From positions 53,630,001-53,694,000 of the forward strand of contig NC_079169.1 in the NCBI RefSeq assembly GCF_947568905.1: DNA of 64,000 nucleotides. Reading direction: 5' to 3'. The translations under genes were made by a program, and so were the position numbers. Shown in pieces: positions 1 through 13,000 of this stretch; position 1 is the stretch's first letter, and each line of letters begins with the position of its first letter. Source of the stretch: Ostrea edulis (lineage: Eukaryota). The notes beneath the pieces were generated by a model. The model saw nothing but the letters and a program-made list of their open reading frames with translations. It did no database searches and was not told where the DNA came from.

Positions 1-339
1 CCAGGGAACTTATACTGTTATAAGAAATATTTTATTCAGTTTTCTAATGCAACACTCATGAAACAAGTCATTCATTCATAGATTGGGTTAACATTTTGAG
101 CTTAGGATTTCAAATCTAGATAAATAATCATGCACCCACTTCAAAGAAAAAAACAACTATTCAATGTGTTGGTCACATTCTTAATTAAGTTCTTAAAAAC
201 AAATATAAATGGATGTACCTAGTCATCCAGTTGCATGCATGAACAAAGAATGTCCTCTAACTATATCAGAATCTGCCTCTTCAATGCAGCATTCTTTAAC
301 GTTATGCAATCACAACATCAAGATAAAAAGTTTACAAAC

Positions 340-775
340 GTGGAACCAACGTTGGCCCAACGTAATGCTCCCAGCTTGCATTTATTTCGCAGTACAGCTA
401 TTGGGCCAACATTAATATATTGGGCCAATGTAATCACCCCAACTTGAAACACTTAATATATAAAAGAACTCATGCTAACACCAGGCCACGCTGGGCCAAC
501 GTTCTATTACCAGCTTAATTAAACATATTTGTTAAAGATGCATTTCAACATTGGACCAACATTGGGCCAACTTCAGAATCCCAACATTCTCGGAAAATAA
601 AGCAACTATAGGAGTTAGTTTAAGTTGGACCAGCGTTGGGCCAACATAGAAATCCCAACATGGTTGAGACGACTGGCATGGTAACATTGGCCCAATGTTG
701 GCCCAACGTTGTCTACCCCGCGCCCACCATACAACCATTTACCAATGTTGGCCCAATGTAGTCATGCTATCTGGG
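340..775. mobile_element. Non-autonomous DNA element with palindromic subterminal repeats (CMC/EnSpm-like)
   Basis: Many GTTGGCCCAAC/TTGGGCCAAC motifs in both orientations; imperfect ends CCCAGCTTGCA (370) and TGCTATCTGGG (765-775). No clear TSD. Confidence 0.4.
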
Positions 776-1045
776 ATGTGGTTTGGTTCTGTCCTCATTA
801 TTTAGCGCACAAACGTAATACATGTATCTGTTTTTTCATTAATCATTATGATATATACTTTGCAAATTTCACTAAACAAATAGAAGGGAGATCCAAACCC
901 CACCCGTTTGATCCGCGCACGCTTATTTATTTATTTATTTTTTTTTTTTTTTGGCCATGAAATGAAACGGGTTCGGCGTTTCGAAAACTCGCACAACTGT
1001 TCGTTCTTGACCTAGGCTTATATTGCAACTGATGGTACTTCGGAT

Positions 1046-4000
1046 ATGTCATTGAGAAGACGCAACAGCTTTTATAGAAGTTTCAAAGATGCATGTCCAG
1101 ATTTCGAAGAAATGCTTTTGGACAGGGGAGCAACAGCAGCTGCACAGAATAAGTGGGTTTTCGAAATCGCCTGGGAAGTGGCAAACAAAGGTAAAACATG
1201 GGGTGGCCTAATTTCGGTCATGCTGCGCTGCCGGAGCGGAGTTTATTTTAGGTCATACGTTAACCTATAAAACGGACGCATGAACGGGGCATGTAAAGTT
1301 TGTGCATAGATACCTACCGAGGTCCCATGCCAATGGACACGTTCAACGTGTGTGGTCTTCCTTAATTAACAGGAAATAAATTTATTGAATGCATTTTAAA
1401 TACTAAATAGCACGTTCTCAAAACTAATAATTTAGCATGCTTGTAACAATTTGAAAATTATTATACTATAGGCCTATTCATAAATTCCTTATTTTGATGT
1501 TCCTGCTATTTAGAGATTACTTGGTAATATGGATGGTATGGGATTGTAACAGTCCCAGTCTCTGTAATATATTAGCATTTTATTATCGAAATATCTTGAG
1601 CTGTATAATAAGTAAGATTATTGAAACAAAAATGTCAGTACCAGGCCTATTCATTTCTGAAGTTTAAAATGTGCTCAATAGACTTTGTTCAGTATTCTCT
1701 TGTATTAATTTGATCAATCATATGAATTAAAGAGGAATGATACATCATCATAATAACTGATTTCCACATGATTGAATATTGTTTAATGTTCTGCTCAAGA
1801 GTATTTCACTCATATGGAGATGTCACCACTGCTGGTGAAGGGCTGCAAAATTTAGGCCTATACCCGGCGCTTATAGCCATTGAGCAGGGAGGTATCTTTA
1901 TCGTGCCACACCTGCTGTGACACGGGACCTCCGTTTTTGCGGTCTCATCCAAAGGACCACCCCATTTAGTTGCCTCTTATGACAAGCAAGGGGTACTGAG
2001 GACCTATTCTAACCCAGATCCCCACAGGATGGCATGACTTGGAATGGAAGTATAAATTTATATCAGCAAGATTTGTGCATTTCTTTTGAATTTGATTGTC
2101 TAGCTGGGTAAATCAGTCAGTTAACATGTCAACTGCCATTCTGTAGATCATACATGTAGGTTTAAGTCCAGCAAACGTTTATATTTTTTCCAGATTTAAA
2201 ACTGCATTTTTTGACTTAAGTAAGGCAGGGGTCGAAATTAACTTTTTCTACCAAAGGCTAATTATAGCCTGTGGGTAAAAAATCCACAGGCTAAAATGAA
2301 AACCTACAAGCTAAAATAAAAATAATAAAGCAGTGCTCTTTTTTCATGTTTTTTTTTAAATCAATGATTTTCCGAATCATTATTCATAACTGAACCTAGT
2401 GGGTCAACAGGCATCATTTGGACAAGACACTAAGTTACGTAAGTCATATGGTGCAATGTTTAGGTCTCTTGATTATCGCACCTCTAATCCACAACCTGTT
2501 TACTGCAGGTCTAGATCCAGTCTTCCAATTTCATACCACTTCAGGGTTGTTGGAGACCGAATCACGTGATGGAGTAGTACTGACACAGGTGTAAGAGCTC
2601 CGCTTATTTCATCAAATTTTGTTCTATTTTTGACGTTCATAAGCCGGATTTTTTAAATATTTTGAATCTGATTGACACTACTGTGATACTTTGAAACGCA
2701 TGTGAGTATTTTGGATACTTTTTGGAAGATATTGTGAATCTTTGAGTCTATCGTGATTACTACTCAATGGCGGACAATAAGCAAAAGAAAGAGAAAAAAG
2801 CAGTCACTAGTGATTTTTCAAAGCGAATCCCGGACTCGTGGTTTTATAAGCAGCATGATCACTAGCCCCATGAACTTTTTTGATAATCATCTACATGGTG
2901 AGCAGTGCACTCATGTCATCACTACAACCCGACCTCAATATGACAATAAATTAATTTAGATAGGACATTCTCATGATTCTGATAAAAATAACTACCGGAA
3001 GACTTGGTTAAACATAGACTCCGTTTTTGTTTTTAGATAAATGAATAGCAAAAACCTCATACTTGGAATTCAATATAATCACCCCTATAGGTGAACAGGA
3101 CTCGTGGCATATGTCTATATTTTTCATCATAATGCGATATCCGACCTCTAAAGCATTTGTTTGACTCCGAGTTTCTTAAAAGATTGTAAAAGAAAAATCC
3201 TGATAGAAACGGTTGTTGAAATCGGTCGCTCATGTAAGCGTTTGTATGATTCAGAGTGCAAGTTTAAGAAAAGCGAATAGTGCATCACCGTATAAAACGG
3301 ATACGATACGATCATAGTTTGTAAATCACCACTCGCTAAGATTTTCGAGTGTCCACTATTTTTACTCGCTATTTTTCAAATGTACTCGCATTTTGCGAGT
3401 ATTTCTCGCTAATTTTGAGCCCTGTAAGGTAAATTTGAAAGTTTTCCTTTTGCAAAATACTATTGTACATAGATTCATATCCTCTGCTTTTCAGTTTTCA
3501 ATCATTTCACATTTCTCTGGTGTGTTATTGCTCCTTAAGAAATGTTTGACAGTCACATGGCACATATGAAACCTGCCTTACAGATTATCTAGGAACTGCT
3601 GATGTAGTATATCCTGGTAATTTGGTACTTATAGTCATAAACCTCAATTAAATATCATCATCATTGGAGACAATTAGATAATAGACTTAAGTGGTATTAA
3701 TAATTAAAACAAGATGTTTACAGGATTTGACATTAACTTTTTTGAGCACTAGACCAATCGGGCTACTTCAAATGATTTTTACTAGACCTGACCTTACATC
3801 CACTAGCCCTGACCAACTCTCCAGAAAAAAATATGATGATTCTCCATATCTAAATAGTTAATTTAAACTGCAAACGTCACGTTTGCTCTAAAATGCATTT
3901 ATTTGTCTCAAAAAATTATTTAGTCTCGCCATTCAATTTGATGCTTTTATATACTTTCAATCATATTTTCAGTTTCTTTAAATTCTTACCGGTACGGAAA

Positions 4001-7000
4001 TTCTTTAATCCATTTAGAATAAAATGACCTCAATATTTTTTTTTTTAATTTCTATTTCATACTTAGCCCTGCTTTGTTTCTTCTCAATGTTTTCTTCTTT
4101 TTTTTCTTGGGACAACGTTTGCTTTCCTTGAGGACGAGGAATCGTATTTGAATATAGACATTTCTACACATATGTAAACACCAAAAAATTGCTGTTTACG
4201 ACGTAATTCATTAATTTGATAAACACTTTTTTATATTCAAATCAAATGAACTGGTTTTTTTTTAATGAAAATGAATTCAATAATTCTATCTAACCAAAAC
4301 ATAACTTTACACACGTTAACATTGTGTAGATGTCAAAGAACATCACTTACGACTGCGACTTATTAGAACTAAAAATAGAGATTATGTCATGCGGATCAAA
4401 ATTGCTGGTAAACTCTTCTTTTTTTTTTAAAGAATAAAATATCTTATGATTTAAAGTTAAGTTTTTTAAATTTGTTTATTTTTAAACACGACCAGTCAGA
4501 CTAGTAAATCGACATTTTACCCGACCGGACCTATCATTTAGTAGACTCGGTCGGTCGGACGTGCCTTAGTGTCAAACCCTGTGTTTATAGCAATGCTGTG
4601 TAATTACTTTGAATGAGTCACCTTTTCAGAGTCCTCATATTCGTTGTACACTGTAATAAGACGACCGACAGAATGACCTTGTGATCTTGACATTAAGAAA
4701 GGATATGAACAGAATGATGTATTTCTGTCCAGTAAATTGTAAACTAATAAAGAAAACAGAGACTTGCTTGCCTACCCAAGTTTTTAATATACTATGAGTC
4801 AAAAGAGTGCAAGCAAAGACCTTTTTTATTTAGAGTAGGCCTGCACTGCCTATCCAGTCAAGCTATATTTGTCGTAAATTTTACGAGTTCTTTGTAAGAC
4901 GAGAGTAGAGAGTTAATTAATGTCAAGAAGAGGTTGGGGATATACTTTCTTTTTTCCATTTGAACATAAATATATACAGGACTTCCAATGACAAATTGCA
5001 CCATGGTGTAGCAGTACATTGTTTTTATTCCCTTGAGGTTGAAGATAGGGAGAGGGAGACACATTGTTTTCAGTATGTCTGTCCTTCTGTCTGTAACTTA
5101 AACTTTGGTCATAATTTTTTAACTTTATAATTTATGTAAGTCTCTTCATACTTGATTGAGTGAAAAATCAAGGTCACAGCTATTTGACTGCTTTTATAAA
5201 TCAAAGTACATTCTCCAAGATAAGATTTGCCACCATTTAACATGGCCATGCTTAGGAGCATTATGTTTCACAAACACATTTTGTTTTCAGATGTAGTATA
5301 TAAAAATGATGAAAATGAATTTAAGCTGATCAAGATGCTGCCCCATCAGCATTTTCATGCCCCACTTTATCAATTTGAAAGATGAGAGTAATCTTGTTTT
5401 TGGTTTCTAAATCTTGTCTTCTTTGTTTCTCCACAATTGGTCATAACTTTTAAACTATAAAAGAATATAAGTACATGCATTTGACTGATAGAAGTCAAGG
5501 TCATTTATCAAGGTCAGGTGAAATTTGCCACAATTGAACTTGGCCATGCTTAGGTGCATGGTGTTTTACAAACATGTTTTGTTTACTTGGTGATGCAGAA
5601 TTTAATGTATGAATTATAATATTGTCTAAATATAAATGGTAATGTTTTAAAGTAGGAATCCACTGGCCAGGACATAGACTTCCTTGGTTTCAACTTTCAT
5701 TTGAATTTGACATTATGTTTCCTTTAGATGTTGAATGTATGTGTTTGCAGTTGGCGGTATTTACACGGTGATCAAATCTAAGGCCCCAGTCAGTGTAGGA
5801 GAACTGGGAGAACAGTACTGTTTACTGGGTCCTTATAACGAGGCGTGTGTGAGAACGGAGGTAGAAATCCTAGAACCTCATCATTACATCTACAGGCAGA
5901 CTCTACAATCAATGAGAGATGCTGGTATCAAGGTATGTATTACAGGCAGACTCTACAAGCAATGAGAGATGCTGGTACCAAGTACATGTATGTATTACAG
6001 ACAGGCAGACCACATTAGTTCATCTACAGATTGATTTTAGAGAAGTTTTTTATAAGGATTATTTCACTGAAGCCTTTATTTAATGTATCCATGACTGACT
6101 AGTAATTAATCTGGATACATTGTTGATTGATTCAAACACAACTGAAACTTCCTTAGATATCATCTGTTTGTTATTCAGTTTCAGCAGACATCTATAATCA
6201 TTTCTAGATATAGAATTCTCCAGGGATTGAATGAAAACGTTATTTTTGTGAAGGTTTACTTTGGTCGTTGGCTGATTGATGGATACCCTAAGGTCGTTCT
6301 GTTTGATATTGGATCAGCTGCATGGAAACTCGATGAATTTAAGTATGAGCTGTGGGAGAAAGGTGGCATTGGTATTCCGTGGCACGACCGGGAGTCTAAT
6401 GATGCCGTCATATTTGGGGCTTTAGTGGCATGGTTCATAGGCGAGGTATGTGATTTAACAACATCTTTTCTTCTAAAATTGTCATTCCTAATCTTGAGCT
6501 GATACTTAAAATTGTAGTATTTGTCATAGTGGATATTTAGGTCTTGTTATTTGGTTGAACAATAAATACAAATGTACAGAAAGATTAGGGGTCTGCATTG
6601 CTAGTTTTTTAAACAAAATACAATGTAGTGTTAAAGTCTCGGTTTTTATTTTTCAGTTCCGTAAAAACTTGACAGACCAGCCTATGGTGGTGACACATTT
6701 TCATGAGTGGTTAGCGGGAGCGGGCCTTATTTACCTGAGGACAAGAAAGGTAGACTGCACCACCATCTTCACCACCCACGCTACACTCCTAGGACGGTAC
6801 CTGTGTGCGGGGAGCTCAGACTTCTATAATAATATTGATAAGGTAAATAATATCGAAAGAAAATGTAAGCTGTGTATGATTGTATGTATTTTGTTATATG
6901 TTGTGCAATGGTAGATGAAGCAGATGTGCAGTTTAATTGAACACTGCACAATAGCACATTATGGGTTATTAATATCATTGCACAAAAGCACATGTTGAAT

Positions 7001-10000
7001 TATTGATAACAATGCACAATAGCACATTATGGATTATTGATAACACTGCACAATAGCACATTGTGGACTATTGATAACAGTGCACAATAGCACATTATGG
7101 ATTATTGATAACACTGCACAATAGCACATTATGGATTATTGATAATGCTGCACAATAGCACATTATGGATAATTGACAATGCTGCACAATTGCACATTAT
7201 GGATTATTGATAATGCTGCACAAAAGCACATTATGGATTATTGATAATGCTGCACAATAGCACATTATGGATTATTGATAATGCTGCACAATAGCACATT
7301 ATGGATTATTGATAATGCTGCACAAAAGCACATTATGGATTATTGATAATGCTGCACAATAGCACATTATGGATTATTGATAATGCTGCACAATTGCACA
7401 TTATGGATTATTGATATTGCTGCACAAAAGCACATTATTGATTATTGATAATGCTGCACAATAGCACATTATGGATTATTGTATTGTTACTAGTAGTTCA
7501 ATCTTACAATTTTAAACTGTTGTGTTGAATATTTTGGAAATAAAACTTCAAGTGGGAGGATTATAAACAACAAGATGACATTTTCTCCAGATACTGGAGC
7601 AATAATTGTTGGTATGATTTCACAGTATAACTTGGACAAGGAAGCGGGTGACCGGCAGATCTACCACCGCTACTGTATGGAGAGGGCAGCCGTACACTGT
7701 GCTCATGTGTTCACCACAGTGTCGGAAATCACAGGCGTGGAGGCTGAATACTTACTCAAAAGGAAACCAGGTACAGACTTTTCACTCAGATGGAGACGTC
7801 ACAGTTGCCGGTGATGGTTTGATGTTGTTTTCAGATGCAATTTTACCCAATGGTTTGTTGTTTTCAGGTGTTATTTTGTCAAATGGTTTGTTATTTTCAG
7901 ATGTTATTTTACCAAATGGTTTAAATGTCGTCAAATTCAGCGCAATCCACGAGTTCCAGAATCTCCATGCCATTTACAAAGAGAAAATTCACGATTTTGT
8001 CAGGGGACACTTCTACGGGTAAAAAGTTAATTATACCCCACCCCACCTGCCCTGCAAACAATGTTTGGAGGGTATACTGGAATCACCTTGTCCATCAATC
8101 TGTCCCTACATCTATTTGTTCAGATGTGTCCATAGTAAATCAACAGATTTGATGAAAACTTTGTATATCTTGTAGAATAATGGAAGTTTTGCACCTGCTA
8201 TTTTCATTGAGATAATTCAAGATTCAAGGAAGTTATGGATATTTTTTCTAGTTTGAGGGGTGTTGTCATTGTTCAGAGTATATTTTATAAACTAATGAAC
8301 AGATTTGATTCAAACTTTGTGTATATATAATATGTAAATAATGAAGTTGTGCACCTGTCATTTCCAGCTCACCTGATTTGAAAGGTCAAGTGAGCTTTTC
8401 TGATCACCTGTTGTCTGTCTGTTGGTTTGTCTGTCTGTAAACTTTTTACATTTTCAACTTATTCTTTAGAACCACTGGGCCAATTTCAAACAAACTTGGC
8501 AAATCCTTGGGTGAAGGGCTTTCAAATTTGTTCAAATTAAGGGCAATGCTTCCTTCAAAGGGGAGATAATCACAAAAAATGCAAAAATAGGGTGAGGTCA
8601 TTTAAAAATCTTCTCAAAAACCACTGGGCCAGAAGAGCTGAAATTTACATGAAAGCTTCCTTACATAGTGCAGATTCAGATTTGTAGAAATCATAACCCC
8701 TGAGGTTAGGAAGGGGTCTCAATCAGGGATGAAAGTTTTACATGCAAATGTATAGGGAACCAAACTTGGCACAAAGCATCCTTAGATGTAATTTGTAATA
8801 TAAAAGGCCATAATCTGTCTGCAAGGGCATGTGATAATTAATGAATTTGTAGTCAAGTGTAATAATTAAGTTTGATAATTAATGAATTTTTACTTGTTAT
8901 CTTTGGAAAGTTTTTTTTTTAACCAAGCTGCTTGTATAATGTTAGTTTTGCTCAAGCTTGTTTATTGCTAGGACTGCTGCTCAGGTGAGCAATGTTGCCC
9001 ATGGGCCTCTTACTTCAATTTTATGAACTTTTTTCATTTTCTTTTAGATTTTGTAACAATCTGTTCTCTCACAGAGAATACTGCATTAGTTTAGGAGAGA
9101 GTATAATGGAATCATCAGTTCATTTGCCTGACTGTCTGTCTGTCAGTGGATATGATTTTGTCCAGACATTTTTTAGAGACTAGTGAATGACTTCATCTAT
9201 ACAATATATCAAATATGGTCTTATATCAATGAGCCCTGCGGGGGTTATTACTCCTGTATCCACTTTATTGTAATGAATTTACATTTATGTTATGTTACAG
9301 ACAATATCCTCTTGTTGAGGTATTTCTAGATAAAAACAGCCTTTCTTATTTTTTACAGGCATTACGACTTCGATCTAGATAAGACCCTTTATTTTTTCTC
9401 GGCTGGACGATACGAGTTTTCCAACAAAGGTGCTGACATGTTCATTGAGTCTCTTGCCAGACTGAATTACTATCTCAAGGTAAACAATTAAAACGGAATT
9501 ATTATCTTAAGGTAAACAATTAAAACGGAACCATTATCTCAAGGTAAACAATTGAAACGGAATTACTATCTCAAGCAGTGATTTTTTTGGGGCCAAAATG
9601 CCACCGATATTCGGCTGTTTCCCCTCACAAAAATTAGCTATTTTTTCCCAATTATATATATATGTTTTTCCCAATTTCTAATCTAGGGAAATTAGGCCAT
9701 TTTAAAAAAAAGGTTACCGTATAGGCATATTGCTGACAAAGAGTAAATACGTTTTTTTTCTTCAGTTTTGTTCTCCAAACCACTGCGCATGCAAAAGGTT
9801 TTGTAAAGAATATGTAAAACAATGGAGGCATCCATATAAGCAGATATGCAGCGAAGTATATAATTTCCAGATACACATTAAGCATATTGTTGACATTTTC
9901 AGTTTGACCGCCATCGTATGTAGGGTCAGGCTAATAACAGAAGTGGCCAACAGTATAGGGTTTTACTAAAATCCGAAAAATACAAACAGGAGATACATTC

Positions 10001-13000
10001 TGGAAACTTGATTATTAATATGATTATACAAGATTATGGGTAAAAATGCTGGTGAATTAATTTATTATTTTCTGTATGATATTAGACAATAAGTATTTCT
10101 TGGAAAAAGTAAATAATATTTATACAAAGTGTGACTTCCAATGCATATTTAATGTTAAATAATGATTTATTTTATGATTTTAAATCAAATCTGAAATAAA
10201 CCTCAAACAAATAAAATGTTATTTGATTATTTTATGCATCTTTACCATTTTAACTTACTATGAATGATTTTTCCCAATTTGAGGAAAATGTCGCTAATTT
10301 TTCCCAATTCAAAAGGAGGGGTGGTAGTTTGAAAAACAAAAAAAATCACTGTCAAGGTAAACAATTGAAACGGAATTACTATCTCAAGGTAAACAATTAA
10401 AACGGAACTATTATCTCAAGGTAAATAATTAAAACGGAATTATTATCTCAAGGTAAACAATTAAAACGGAATTACTATCTCAAGGTAAACAATTAAAACG
10501 GAATTATTATCTCAAGGTAAACAATTAAAACAGAATTATTATCTCAAGGTAAACAATTGAAACGGAATTATTATCTCAAGGTAAACAATTAAAACGGAAT
10601 TACTATTTCAAGGTAAACAATTGAAACGGAATTATTATCTCAAGGTAAACAATTAAAACGGAATTACTATTTCAAGGTAAATGATTTTCACTGCAGCCAT
10701 ATTCTAAGCAGACTTTCACTCATGCACAAGAAATATTGGCTGGATTTGCTAGCATCCTTTTTTTCTTGCAAAGAATTAGGCATTTTGGTTACATGTAATA
10801 CTGGCACATGATGAATATCACTTGTTGCATTTAACCATTCCAATGCATGATATAAGTGTTTGTTTACAGTATAAAGCAATATATCCAGCAAATAGCTTCA
10901 ATCATATCATTTTGCAGTGTATGTTGTATTCCTTTGCTCTATAAATCACAGGGCTCAGAACATCTAGGTGCCAATATTTATAATAGAGGAAGGCTTGTAA
11001 CTCCTACTGCTTGGTATCCAGTTTCAGCAATTAAAGAAATAATCATGTATCTTCTCTAGATTGTCACAAAAGTTTGTCAAAAACTTCTGAGTATTTTCTG
11101 AGTTATTCAATAATTAAGAAATGTAACCTATATAGTTTACCTGAAATTAGCTTGGGTTTGCTGCACACTTTGTAATTTCATGTGTACCCAGACGGTAGTT
11201 AGGCCACATAAAATTAATTTTCTGGTTCTTGGGCCAATTTTCTCTAAAACAGATGAGGGAGGAACAAATATATCCTATGAGCTTTATCTAACAGCATTTT
11301 GGAATTGAAATACTTACCTTAATTTGAAAACACATGTTGAATATTTTCAATAGGAAAAAAATATACCCGTTCTTTATCTGTATTTCGCAACTAGCAGCCA
11401 GTTTTAAACGTCTGTGTGTTCCAAGCATAGTGCTTCTTTCATAGCACACACAGACATTTAAATGTTGCAAAGCTATTTGCTAAAAATTTTACTCAGGGCT
11501 AGAAATAATTTGTTTTTATTCACTGGTCACTTGGGCTATCAACTTACATTTTTACTGGTCAATTGATAACCTTTACTGTCCCGTCGGATCATTGGTTATG
11601 AAAACAACTGGTCCAATTTTCATGAATTAGGCCTTGTATCTTGCTTATTCAAACTAGCATCAACAGCAGGTTTAAAAAAAAACGTCGTAATCTTGCTATT
11701 CTTATTCATGATTTTCACTTAAAGGGACTGATTCACGATTTTCACCAAAATTTTATTTTTCATTTTTAATTATCAAAATCTACTGTCTAATGTATTTAAA
11801 AGATTTCATATAAAATTAAGGTTATATATTATTTGTTTTGTAAACAAAGATTGCAGTATGTTATTGTTTACGAAATTTAAAAGAAATGGATATTGATCTA
11901 ATTTTATTATATCTTTCACATTTCAAGCATTTTTGGGGTAAAATGTGTCATCTAAAAGTTTAAATTTGTGACTATGCAAAATTAAGATGCTTTATATTAC
12001 AAAATCAATATTTCACTTGTTTGTATACATAAAAAGACTCAAGTCTTTGTTTACATAACACATATTTAAGGCTAAAATATTGCTTTTATTCTTGCATTCA
12101 GAAGGTCAAAATTTTGGCTGTCAACATTAAAAGAGTTATATTTTTAATGTTTAACATAAAAAAATGAAAAATATTTTCATCAAAAATCGTGAACCAGTCT
12201 CTTTAAAGTCTTAGAAAATAGTCAGCATTATTTACACCTTTCTTGTCATTTGTCAAAGTGTAATGTCATCGAATTACGAAAGCATTGCAAAAGTAGACAG
12301 CTCATTCTAAGGCACTTGCAGCAGGAAACGCACTTCTTAGATAAACTAACTCAGAACTCCTCCTATGGCTCACACGTTTGTGTAAAGTGTAGAGAAATGA
12401 TTCAAGGATTGTCGATTGTATACTCCACTTAAGGCAACTCATTCTTAGAAACGAATGAATTTCGTTGATTTATCTACATTGTGTTACTTCATAGTATAAC
12501 TTAACAAAAAGTGAATTTGCATGCGATAAAAGCCTGGACACACACGTCTAGCCCGATTGTTGAAAAATTTTGATAAGTATCAATAATTAACTTGCCCTAA
12601 GGGCACATGTTCTCTACAAATCACTTGCCCAAATCCGATATTCACTTGCCCCAGACCATTGGGTCATCGATTATTTCAAACTCTGTTACTATTGAGAATT
12701 GGTGCACATTTAATTTTATATTTATACAAACATTTAGATGTATTTGTAGCTGTCAACAGTGAGACAGTGAGATTTATTTGATGCATTTAAATAATTGCAT
12801 GTATTCATACATAATGCAGCTATAAAACACATTTGTTGCAAGCAAACAATGACATATTTGTAGCAAGCAGACAGTGACATGTATTTGTAGCAAGCAGACA
12901 GTGAGATGCATTTGTAGCCATCAATGAAATGTATCTGTAACAATCAAAAGTGATACCCGGAGCATGTATTTGTAGCTATCAGTGACTTGTATTTGTAGCA

